DNA of 64,000 nucleotides from Balanoglossus misakiensis (Eukaryota > Animalia > Hemichordata): positions 17,245,703 through 17,309,702 of the forward strand of contig CM082578.2 in NCBI GenBank assembly GCA_040954595.2, given 5' to 3'. A model generated the notes under the pieces. That model was not told where the DNA came from and ran no database searches. It worked only from the letters and a program-made list of their open reading frames with translations. The position numbers and the translations under genes are program-made. Shown in pieces: positions 39,101 through 51,700 of this stretch. Within the stretch, counting starts at the first letter, position 1; each line of letters begins with the position of its first letter.

Positions 39101-42100
39101 AGCTGTCTCTCCGAAACTATGACGCGAAGGACGTGTCTGACACGTGAGCAGACGCATAGAAGACGAATAGCCCGGCCTATATATATCTGTTTGACCCGAG
39201 GGGCCAAAAACTCTACTCGTGCTATAACGCTATTTGGATCCAAAGCGTGCATTATGTTCGGTTAACTCATCGTGCATCGCTAATCCACAGACAATATTGT
39301 TCTGTCGATTCAAATTAACAGTGTCTCCGACACAGAAAAGAGAAGATTGAGGATTTCACCACTCTAATTTATTATTTAACGCGTCGGAGACTCATTCTCA
39401 CGGGTCAGTAGCCACTCCGAGTATAACCTTTATTGCGGCATGTGCGGTAAGACAAGTATAGACGCGTTTTTTTAAATCTTCAATGAAATACAAACATATC
39501 ATCAGACGTATATATAATATCACTCGCAACCACCATCGCATAAATTAACAGTTTGAATCTCGTCTTCCTTGTACTGATAAATCATTAAACCAAAAACGTA
39601 CGTATACCGTATGTCATCCATTTTGATCTCCGAGATGGCGTGTGGAGTGATAGAGATCGCCATCTATTTATTAATGCTGAGAACATGTCATTTACTCATA
39701 CACGATGATGAATTATTCGCAGCAAATCGGTGCGTAATTGGCGTTGGCAGCATCTCCATCTTAGGGTCAACTGCCCTGCAGGCTGCGTTGATTCTGAATT
39801 GGAGACGGCATCGCTACTCGCCAGAACTAAGACATCTAACTCGGTGTGACGTTTTCCCGCTCCGTGCAGGATTGGCGGTTGGGCCTTGATCTTCGTTCTT
39901 TCATGAGTGGAGGGTTGTTGTTTTTTGTGTGGATTTTTTGTGTGTGTGTTTCCACGATATCAGTTGTTCCTCCTTCAGTCTGTTTCTCTTTCGTCCGGTT
40001 CGTACACGATACGCATGTGGTGATGTCGTTGATCACCGAAACACCATCTTGATGCGGCGGTCAAACTTCTATCGCCATGGCTCATGAATAATCGACACAG
40101 GTGGCGCACGCGCAGCAGTTCATGCCGGCTGCCCCTCCCTCCTCGAGCGTCCTCGCTTTCAGCGTCGCCTCGGCTTCTGCACGCATGAGTAAGTTCTTGC
40201 AATAAAGGATGTGTTGCGGTGGCAACTAAACTGATACCACTGGCATCTGTTGACAGATAACTCGCTAGCAGGCGAATGCACGGGGCCAGACTTTGCCCAG
40301 GTAAAACAGTCACCTCGTTACTGGACGGGAAAAGTTATGGTGACGAAAAATGCATAACGTTGACTTAGGGGGTCATATATTATACGCTATCTCTATAACT
40401 GGAGGGTATCCCAGGTATTAAGATTTCTCATGAGCCTCGTTACATACGCTCTCCGTAAAAGGTTTCGTTGATAGGCCTATGGGCAAACTGTTTCATCCTG
40501 CTAACAGGGTAAAGGTTATTCAAGATCACGTATTTTTTGAAAGTGCTCGGCCCCTGGACGTGTTGCTAAATTAGAGAGCAAATCACAGAAATAGGTCGAA
40601 GTTCGTAACGTAACATTTTCTGCATCGAAGTTAAAAGTGATCACAGTTTCTAAATGCGTATAATAGTGTACTGAATTTCAGCGAGGACAGAGGCAACGAG
40701 GAACACTCAGTCGTCATGGTCGTAAGGGGTTATAGAAACGCAGTCATTTACCCAATCGTTTCACTGACAACGATGGTAGCATGAGTAATGCGTTTTTGAG
40801 TGAGACTAGGGCCTACATGTGTGCCTGACAACCAACTCAGAAAACGATGAGAGAATTGCAATCAACGTTACAATCACAGTGCTGGAGCAAACCACATAAT
40901 CAAACATTACTGCCCTCTCTGTGTGTAATCTAGACTACGCACTCCAAATGACAAGTCCACTCAAAGAAGTTTAATTTGCACGAACAGTTTGCCCGGCCTC
41001 AAAGTCTATAACCATGAATAGGAGAGTAATCAAAACTCAAGAGAAAAGAACAATTCATTTTAACAGGCGACGGAAGTACCCATGTATTGCAAGAAGGGTT
41101 AATAGTTTACCCACAAACGTTGACTTTTGCGAGTATCGATTATCAACTTCTTTTTCATCCGTTTAACGATTTTCGACGTATTATTCGAAGGGAATAAAAA
41201 CCCTGTTCAACCAAATTGAAACGACTAGACACATGCAGTACGATCAACGCAGTCAATCCTATATTGTCTATATACACCGTTGCAGTCAGTAGAATTAGGC
41301 CGCCTGCTAATTCAAAATATGGAGGGACATTTAAAATCCGGAGACCGTTGAACCTTTGGTTTATAAATCAAACTCTTGTGTAGCAAAACATGCAAGGAGT
41401 AGTTTTTAACTGTGTGTGGCTATACTTTTCCTTAGTACCTTATTAAATGACTCCATTAAGTCACCTAGTCGCGCTTACAATTGTAAATATTTGCACGCTC
41501 AAGTGTTACTTCCTTTAACTTTCTTTCCCCGTGCCTTTTTTGCGGAAGGCAATTTATTGTACGCCTTGTGCTCGGAATAGCTGGATTTTCAGATGGATTT
41601 ACTTGCCGTTTTTGAACGAAATTGAGGGCTGTGAAACTTGTTGCAAGAATGACTTTAAACGGTCCCCGTGACAAGCAACTGAACCCAATTATAACACCCA
41701 AAGGTATTATTATTTGTTGTCCGGGCAACGGTGACGCAGTCTTCCAGGTAAGCTGCGCTGATGGATTGAATTTCGCGGAAAGTCCCCTTTGCATTGACAA
41801 TATTCAGACAAACGCGTGAATAGTCGCGTGAATAGTCGCGTAGCAGCGAAGTGACAACGTCGTCAGAACTTGCAATATTTCAGACCAAATTAGAAATTAC
41901 GCCATTTGCAGAAAATTCCATCTTCACTGTTGAAGGACTCTTGCTTTGATTCCACGCAAATTAGTCTCAACATACTGTAGAATGTCTGACCAGCTGATGA
42001 GATGTTGATCACTCTAACGTGTACGTACAATTCTTTACCTGTCTATGCCTGTCGCCAAGGGAAACTGAAGGGTACACAAAGCAGAACACAAATTCCAGTC

Positions 42101-44339
42101 TGAAACAGTAGTGCTATATCATATGTTAGATTTTCTAATCGTCACATATTTTACAGGAATCTAAACTGTGCCGGACAAATCCAGGCTTGTCGAAATGTTT
42201 AGCGCTCACAATGAGACGCAAAATGGCATGGGCGCATGTGCATAACTCGGAACGCGGCAGTTACTAGTTGAGACAATCGCTGCGTTCATATCACTGAGTT
42301 ATTTCAGTCTCTTTAATGGACAGTCTCATTGACTCTCCTCACTCCGTCCAATTGACATACCAAAATGATTTCCCGTTTCTAAAAAAGTGGGTTTCGTCAG
42401 GATAACTATGACAATCTAATATATTATTCCCCAGAAACATAGATTGCGACCGTAATTCTCCAGGGACATTGTAAATTAAAGTCAAGCTGAACGTTTTCTC
42501 TTCAAAATTATGGCCAGATTTTACGGTCCCACGCTTTTAATCGGGACTGGTTTCAAGATTGAATTAGGATTTACGAGTTTAATGTGAACTGTGACAATTA
42601 CCATAAAAGCTGTATAAACCGATTCATTGATTTGGTACGTCAATAACTCATGCTTTAATCATTGCGTAACTGTGCTGATAAAAACCACCGGTAAAGAGAA
42701 TAAAAGTAGACCAAGGTCAAGCTGACCTTCTAAAAATGTCGTGCATCTTCAATGATTTGGTCTGAATGGTCCGGGAATTGCGGCTGTTACAAGGGAGAAC
42801 ATGGAACTAAAGTGATGGAGCTTGAATGCGAGCAGCAACTGTTAAACCTGAATTAACACAATATAAGCAAAGACTTCGATACCAACTGGGCCGCCTGCAT
42901 TTTTGGCTGCTAAAGTTTGAATTCCAGTTGCGATAGCTCCGACTGTGTGACTCTAACGTCATCCCCTGATCATCAGAAAACAAATGACATAATCTTTCTC
43001 CCAGAGAAAATATCAGAGGTCACCATGCAAATATAAAGAAGGAGATGTCTCAGTTTACCGATATTTGAATTGTAAAAGGCTTTTGTTAGGTATGGGAGGA
43101 TCGACTTGCTGATTTTATAGAAACACTGTCGTTTGTTTTCTTCTAAATATTAATATATTCTAAGCATGTATTACCTTTGTCACGTGCATGAATGTAGCCC
43201 AGAATCGGAAAAGACATTCTTCGCGGTTTGGAAAATTTTACTCGCTGAGTACTCGTCACTGTGAAAGGAAATGGGTCACATAATTATGGCAAATCATTGT
43301 GCATCAAATATAATTAGTACAGAGCGAATCTAAATTCCTTCCGGGGCCTGAGCATGATTATCGTCAACCGAGATCGTTCGATAACGCATAGCGCATGCGT
43401 GTATTTATTCTGCAGGATCTTCTGCGTTGACACAAACTGCAGATGTAGTTCGCACGACTTGGTCCAGTTCACACTTCTCCCAAATGGGACAAGACGTAGC
43501 CGGTCTGACTCGGTGGCAATCAGATGGAATCAAACAGTCCTAAAGGCGGATTCTCTGTGACGCGCATACCTATCGCCCTAGGCAACAGACAACTATTGAG
43601 CAATTGAAACTCTTGAGGGGCCATTTCACTCTTGCCTTTTAAGATACCAACCGAGCTCGATTTCGTTTCGGGTGAATTAGCGAATATTGACCTGACCTAT
43701 AATATGTATTTTTAGATTTTTCAGGGGTTCAATTCACTGCTTGCTGTAGCAGGCCACGTGCATTTGATTGTACAGATTGTAAGATCGCTTGCCACATATC
43801 AAGAAAGATTATACTTGCCACACATTCTGCATGTCTATTATAAGGTGTATTTCAACACCCCTGTCCATCGATAAATCAAACAGCTTGTATGAAAAACTGC
43901 ATTTGAGTAATCGTTTGAGCGTAAACTATAGCGTCGGGTCTGGCATTGCCTCACCTGGCAAAGTTGGGCATCAACCAACCGCACTCTACAACAAACCGAC
44001 GGGAAGAAAAGTTCAAATGTTCATGGGCCTATTCAATGCATGGGTAAACATCAGACATGAAAATGTCTTTGAGGGCGACTCTTTTCACTATGTTCGGAAA
44101 GGACGAATATGTTACTTCATTCTGAGTAACTGGGCAGCTGCAGGATTGATTGTTCGACCCGAAGTAAATCCCACCTGAAGAAAGTATATTTTATTCAGTA
44201 ATCGGTCGCCATCGTCCTGTCCAGGACAGCTGTACACACACGTGGGCATCAATTACATCATGACAGATACCTTGATACCCGCATTAATTACAAACCGACA
44301 GGCAAAAAGTTTGGAGAAAATCTGACGAGGAATTCCGTT

Positions 44340-44520
44340 GACTTGTCGACATTTGGTGAGGTTTTCATATTCAAAGGTAGAGAGTCCCAAAGGATGGGAA
44401 CGACCAGGGAATGGCCCACCACAGATTGCCAGATGTCATCTGAGAGTGCGTAGAAAGACGTTTTTGAGTGAAGAGGGCGTAATGAAGAATAGGGTGTAAT
44501 TAAGTTCTTGAGATATTGAT
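44340..44520 (-). mobile_element. Short remnant of the 3' end of a LINE ORF2 (L2/CR1-group-like)
   Basis: Minus frame reads YLKNLITPYSSLRPLHS...PILWDSLPLNMKTSPNV, matching the recalled C-terminal pattern YL..L...Y.P.R.LRS...P.LWNSLP..IR.S of L2/CR1-group ORF2 proteins. Confidence 0.6.
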
Positions 44521-47500
44521 TCCACAAAGACGTAATTAATTAAATTGCGAGATGTTTAATTCTGCAATATCAGTGAAGTGCTAATATGCATGTTAGTGAT
44601 TGTTTGCGACAGTTTTGAAATCAGTTCTCAGTTTCTAAGGCAGAGTTTGTGACTCAAATAAAGACTTTCGGGTGAGACAAAGCTTATTAGGCTTATCCAA
44701 TTAGCCTTAATATGCATAATTACAGATAGCATTATGGCTGAGCTAGATTAGATGACATTGGAGTACATATGCACAGGTTATTCCTCACAATTTGATTAAC
44801 ATTGTTAAATATTTGCTATTTGTATTAATCATGTTTAAAACCCTGACACGAATTGACTTTCTCCAGAAGACCCTGCAGATTCCGTGTTAATAGGAACCCC
44901 GGCACACATAGCTATCTCCGGTTATCTATTTGCAGATAATACACATTCCTCACACTCCAACTAATTCAGTTTTTGAAGTGGAATCCTTCACTCAAGCGTG
45001 ATTAGTTAGGTCTCTGGTTTTGCGGACGTTGAATGGTGTCCGTTTAAGTTCAATTTCAGATCGACCAACTTTTACAATTGCGTCGCGAGTTGCGATTCTA
45101 TACACCTAAAAAAGAAATAAGATTTTCATATTTTGTGTTCTCTGTGGTACGTTCTCTTCTAAAACAATAAAAATCAGGGCTTCCTCCGAACGTTTTGCAG
45201 GGGATTAAATAAAATCGCGAATTCACTTGTCCTAATTCCTTGTCTGTGATCTATTTCAAAGCAATCACCCAGATACACTCAAGTATTGACCGTGGCATCT
45301 TAAAGTTGTCAAGACTCTGAGATCGCGTTTCAATGTTATCATTGATACGTTTGTGTTTCGGGTACGGCTCGGTGAGTTTGGAAATCGCTGAGGTCGACAC
45401 GTTCGGCGAGATCTTCAGGGATTGGCCAGCGTTGTTAACATTCAATTTGACTTTGAATCGATTGATTTCGCTCGATTTGTTCTTCCCTTCTATTCGATCA
45501 GAGTGCGTAAATACACAAACTGTAACCATTCACATGATCCATTCATCCATCCCTCCCTCCCTCACCCCTCCAATCATTATTTTTGTTAGTGTTGGAGTAA
45601 ACTGAACTTTACCCAGATGGTCACTTTCTTTGATATGTAAATGATAGTCTCATTATGCATGTATGCGTTATGTAAGCTTGGTGGGGTTTTTCCGCTCTTG
45701 TGGGTGTTCAACTCAATTCAGACTTGGCCACTACACGTGTTGGTGTCAAATAAAGTAAGTGACTGTACAGAAAACAAGCTATCGCTTCCTCTCGTTATAT
45801 TGCACCGTACGCAACGAACTACCGCACCTCAACAGTATGCTTTTTAAGGAGATCTAGTGAAACTATATTTTGATGGCATTCAGATAGACGCATTCAAGTA
45901 AGATCTCTTTCACACGGACGAGTTCTTGGAAATAAGAAGGGTCTCCCATTTATCTACCAAATTGTCGATTCCACACACGTCTGCAAAAATCACGTTATTT
46001 TATGAGGAAGCGGCTGACGATACTTTGCATGCTGGCTAGGTATCGTTTCCTTTAAGCCGGGAATTCCCGGCGTCTACAAATGAAAACATCAGTTGCCTTG
46101 GGATAGTCGATGTTTAAGTTCTGAGTGTGTTGGTGTCTGCTTTCTATCTCGCCGCTTTCACATTGTTCGCCCTACATTCTGGTTTAATCCGCATTTCCCT
46201 ATTTCGCCCCGGGCATCTGAAGTTCTCGCTTTAACGGGAAACCGAACTGTGGTTCTGGCTTGTAATTCAATTCTTGCCAATGTACTTTATACGTGCGCCG
46301 AAATAGAAAAAGTACGTTAATCGCCGATTGCAACGTTGTCCTTCTACCCCAAGAGCCGCGCTCTCTATCAAAGCATGTATACCTGTGTATATTTTAAGGG
46401 GGCTTATTGGGTAATTTTTTCAACACCTTAAGTCATTCTTGTACTTTTTAATGTTAATATAACTGTGATGGTCTGGTTTCCGGTACGGTCTCGCTTAAAA
46501 AACGATTTCCAATTCTCTGTCGCTTTACGGTCTGGTATGATGTCGAATTTGCCCTCGAACTATACAGCATTATATTCGGTAAAGGCAGTTCCAGAATATA
46601 ATTCGGAAACACTGCCGATTTTACCGATATCATTTGACCCTTGTATAGAGTAGTGTGTCGCATACGTGGGCCCGCTTCACACACGTTGGCTCGGAAATTA
46701 TAAAACACTCCGCTGTTACATTGCAAATCCAAGACAAAAAACAAAACTTTAGTTCCGGTTTCTCTCAAAAGTCGTTTCCTGCATTACAGATCCGTTTAGA
46801 CTGTTCGCTGACATCGCACAGGTGTCATTTTTCACTCGACTTGCCTCGTCTCGTTAACAGCACAGTATAATGTCAGCAATGCAGCTCGACTTTCCTGCAG
46901 CGGAAACTCGAGTCACACTCGGCACGCAACCGGAGATATATATCCGACGAAGGTCAAAATATAGACGAGACATCGACAGCGTCCGGCTGCCCCAAAACAC
47001 TTTGTGCATCCATGCCACGTCACTTAGATATTAACCCACCCGATTGTTCAAAGTATGAAACGAAACTATACCAGTATTACCATTGTTCATTGTTGATAAG
47101 TTTGTCCTGTTGGCACCATTAACAAAACGGATATCATCAAAATTTGGCTTGGTACATGTATAAGGTGATGATCAAACATTTTACTGGCATTTACGCAACA
47201 CGTGATAAATGAAACCTCAGACAACCACCTGAGATTTAACATATGTTCTGTCAACTTTGCTCTCACGACAAATACCCCGAACTGCCATTTAGTCATCAAA
47301 TTTATACTCCCATTATGGTCAACGTTATATTGTACGCGTACCATCATGTTCATGATACACAGCCGGACTAAAGTTATCAATAATTTAACAACTTTGGTCC
47401 TGATTCCAATACATGTGAATTATTAAAGCGTTCGTGAGAATAAATCTTGGCAACTAGGTTAAAATATAATTTCCGCTCGAAGATTAATATATCAAAACTT

Positions 47501-47948
47501 CTTTGACGAATAAGCTTGAGTAGTACTTTGAACATCCATGCAGAGAAACCGGGCGGGGCCAAGAGGTCTGATTGCCACAGGTGCTCTCAAGAGACGATCG
47601 TTGTTGTTCTGTCGTCTGCGGGCGCACTACACTATACCACACGTCTGTCGAAACTCTACAACTTTCCACAGTTCGAAGTTAAAAGGAAGCTGGCAAGGGT
47701 GTTTATGTAATACATGTCTCCCAAGGGGTCTGTTAGCCATGAGGAGTAATTTCAACAATCATAAACTCATGCGATTTCTCTGAAATTCACGACAGTGTGA
47801 CAGAATATGTTCTACTTTTGTTGTAATGAGAGGAGTTGCAAGGCTCACAGTGAAATGTATACATGCGCATGAATTTGCCAAAATGTGTGTGCGTGCGTGT
47901 TTGTCAACTGTTCATTCCAACCAATCCTAATAAGTTTAATTTAATACC

Positions 47949-47954
47949 TTTATT
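47949..47954 (-). promoter_or_regulatory. Candidate polyadenylation signal of the TRIM gene
   Basis: AATAAA on the minus strand ~90 nt after the stop codon; motif evidence only. Confidence 0.4.
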
Positions 47955-48046
47955 GCTTTCTGGAAAATGGAAATGGTCACGTATTTAAAAAAAGAAGAAG
48001 AAAAAAAAACATGTTAAGAACATTCTTCAGGCTTAGCAGTTTTTCC

Positions 48047-48786
48047 TCATTTGGCTGGGGGGTCTTCTGCCTTGTCCGTGGATGTTTTAATCTCCCTCAG
48101 CCTCTTGGCCTTTTCTTCGTTTTCCTTTCGGATTTGCTGCCGCAGAACTTTGGGTAGTTTCATACCGTTGATCACCGTTAACTGGTAGTTGAGCGAAGTC
48201 ACAGAGAACGCCGGGTAGAGGGGACCATTACAGATGTTTTCGTACTTCCGTAGCCTCGAGGGGGCGCTGTTGTCTTGCAGATCGTAGTAGGAAAGGCTCT
48301 TATCGGAGAAGCTGAGGAGTACTCCCACGTGTATTGCGCGGTCTCCGTCGTGACCGCCGCCGGCGAATTTCGTGCAGACGCTCTGGTTGATGCGATTGTA
48401 GTGGCCCTCAAAGCCTGCTTTATATACGTGGAAGCACCACGCAGTTGGGTGTGAACACAGGAGGGCGTTGCGCGGACAATCGCCAACGGTGACACCGAAC
48501 GAGCAAAGATCGTTGTCCAGGTGGTCCGTGTAGGAAATCCTTGTCCCATACACCTCCCAGTAGTATTCCCCGGATGTCATTGCAACGTCACCGAGAACGG
48601 TCGGGGACCAAGCGATGAAACGACCCGTCGTAGGAATCTTCGCGATACTAACGCCTTCTTTATCGGTTTTCTTCGGCGCGAACGGCAAGTTCTTCGGCTT
48701 GCAAGATTTTCGTTCCACTGTTTTATGGTCTTCAGTCAGGACCAAGTCTTCGTGAAGAGTATGTGTATCCAACACAAAAGAAATCG
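48047..48786 (-). CDS. TRIM terminal exon: PRY/SPRY (B30.2) domain plus a short charged tail
   Basis: Acceptor tttttcttttcag|CG; ISFVLDTHTLHEDLVLTED, VLG...SGEYYWEV, HVGVLLSFSDKSLSYYD, GPLYPAFSV. Confidence 0.92.
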
Positions 48787-51700
48787 CTGAAAAGAAAAAT
48801 CAAATAAGGTACGTAGATATTCAAAGTACATATTTAGGGCCTGGACAGGACGTACAGACGGGAGTGTTGATCACGTGGTATTGCTATAACATGGAGGCCA
48901 AATATGATACAAGGTTTCAAGCGCGCACTTTTAGTGGAATGACACGTGCGAATCATACCTGTTGTTTTTCGGACCTTTGTCGGAAGTTGTTCAACGATCT
49001 CCGTTTTGATATCAGCTTCACTTTCTTTGTCACCTTGTTCCTTTTCTTCAGTCTTGTGCGCGGTGAGGCTACCATCCAGATTGAGCAGCACCGGTCCACC
49101 TTCCAGGTCTTTCCTGGCAAGCCTTCCGACTGGATACTGGTAGTGCTCGCGCGGGTACTCCCCGCTCGCGTTGTGATCTCCTCCGTCGAAAAGATGCCGC
49201 CGGGCATTTCTTGTCACTGACACGCTTCTCTGGTTCGCCCAGCCCCTCTCCGCGACGTGCGGCGATCCGTCCGTGGATGCCTCGCCCGCATCTGTGGTCT
49301 GGACCAATTTATGATCTATGTTGTCAGGGTATATGATGGGCCGGCTCTTGTCACCATCCTCACCTGAGGTCAAAGTTGACCGAGTTGCCAACAGGCTAGT
49401 CTGAGCGTGGTCTCTCCGGGTGACCGTCGAAGCGACCACCTGTTGATGTAAACTTAATTTGCCGCCGCGTACGAACTGTTTTAAATCCACGGTCTGGCTA
49501 GACTGGTTTACGCGGGACTTTGTAGTCTTTGGTAATGGTGTCCCACCCTCCTTGGACACTCGAGCGACTGTCTGCTTGGAGAGACCGCTCTCTGTTAAAG
49601 AGACTCCCTGTACCAGATGACTTCCAGACCCGGGAGCTGGATCACTCTGTAGATCGATATATCCCGCTTCAATACTGTCTGGATCTATTGTAATATTGGC
49701 GTGTTTTCCAGTTGCTTCTTTCAGTAGATGCTCGAAAATGGTCTGCATATTTTTCGTGTGGTATTCGTATCTGGTTTCGTCAGAACGGGACGCTTTCTTC
49801 ACCATCTGGGCCACGCGGAAGTACAACTCTTCCTCTGTCGCGGGAACAACTGTCATCATACGTTTCATCTGATCATCTGAGAAAGTGTCGTGGAACATAT
49901 TTTTGATCCTACGCAACAGTGGTCCTTCAACCGTGACGTTCTGCCGTATGTTTGCGATAATGTCTTCGACGCAACTGTCGTCATCGCTTCCCCGCAGGTT
50001 TGCAATCATCTCTTCGTAGTAATTGTCTTTATCCTTTCCCGTATCAATGGGTGTGCTACCGCTACTCAAGTCGTGCTTTGCAACGACAGCACCTTGTACT
50101 TGCTTGGTATCCGGGCAGTTTTGTGTCTGACGCCCAACATTCGCCGCTTGCTCGATTGTTACAGTACTGCGACTCGATACGGTGTGTGGAGCAGTAATTT
50201 TTTTTCCGTCTGCACCCGGTTGACCGTTAGTGTTTTGGGATTCTGCTCGCTGTTTTCCGGTGTCATGGTTAGCACTGATCGTAGATGAAGGCATTTTGAC
50301 ACCGGTCTTGCTGGCACCACGAACACCGGGAGCATGTGGCCCGGGCGTTGGTACGTTTCCACTTGACGGGATGGCGCGCCCACCTTTGGCTGCAGATGGT
50401 GTGGTGTCGGTTTTGGAGAGACTTGCCTTGGGAAGAGGGCTTGGCGGGGGAGTCATCTCATTCGATGGATTGCTCGTGGCTTGCCCATTTTTGATAGGAA
50501 GAGACGTTACGTTGACATTCGTATTTCTAGTCACAAGACCATTTTTGCGTCCAGGGGTATTTCTCACATTGTTCGCCTGGCCACCACTGCCTGGTTTGTT
50601 GGTGGTCGGACCACTATGAATTGTTGAAGAACGTAGCGCCTTGTTATTTTGCTGATTTGCGGGAACGCGGACATCATTGCATATATAGGTTGGTATTTTG
50701 GTGTTTGGAACGGCCGCGACACGACCGCAGATAACGGTTGCGACACGACCGCAGTTGGTTAAAGGCAATGGCGCTGCTGTCGGATTGGTGGAGACGCCGG
50801 CATTCGCTTGGTTGACGGCGTGGCCATTACTGACTGTAGAACGTACGACTTTGGCACTCTGGTGGCCGGTAGTACGGTCATGACTGGTCGCAGACGATGA
50901 CACCTTGGCATTTTGCAGATTGACGATACAGTCACTACTTAAAGTAGAATGTGACGCCTTTTCACTTTGCTTGCCCGTGACACGCCCGTCATTGGCCGCC
51001 ATTGAATTCGACAGTGGTGCGAACTTCGGCCGGTTGGTGTCCCGGCTGTTATTTGTCGCAGACGGAGGCACAGTTGTTGGCTGGATGGTGACACTTTCAC
51101 CATGGACTGTGGAAGAAGTGGTGGCGTGACTAGGTTTTCCGGCGGTGCGACCATTATTTGTTGTAGGATGGACGACTTTGCGGCTAGTGACGCCTCGTTG
51201 ACTGTTTGCAGCAGCAGCAGACGACACATTCGCATTTGGCTGATTGGTGGCCCGACCAGTAGCGATTGTAGAATTCGGTAGGGTGGCGCTGGTTTTGTTG
51301 CCGTTAGTGATTGCAGAATGCGGCGCGTTGCTTGAATTATCAGAGGTAGTGGAAGGAGGGACATCAGCTTTTGGTAGGTTGGCAGTGTGGCCCTCCTTGG
51401 GTGCCGATGTCAGACACTTGCTGACGTCAGGTTTTGTGTGATGACGAGCTGTACTCGTGGATGCAGCGTTTTGAACACTTCCGGCGGGTCTGTTTGCTGG
51501 TTTACACTCCTCTGTTATGGTGAGTAGGCAAGGGGCCTTGCTAGATTTGTCTTTGGAGAGGGACGCGTTGTCTCTTTGCTGCAACAAGTTGGCGTTGAGA
51601 TCGGCTTCCTTGGAACTGCTCTTTGAATTTCGGATTGATTGGCCGGTGGAACTGGAGTTTGTTGGAACAAACCTGACTGTCTTCTTGTTCGCTTGTCCAG

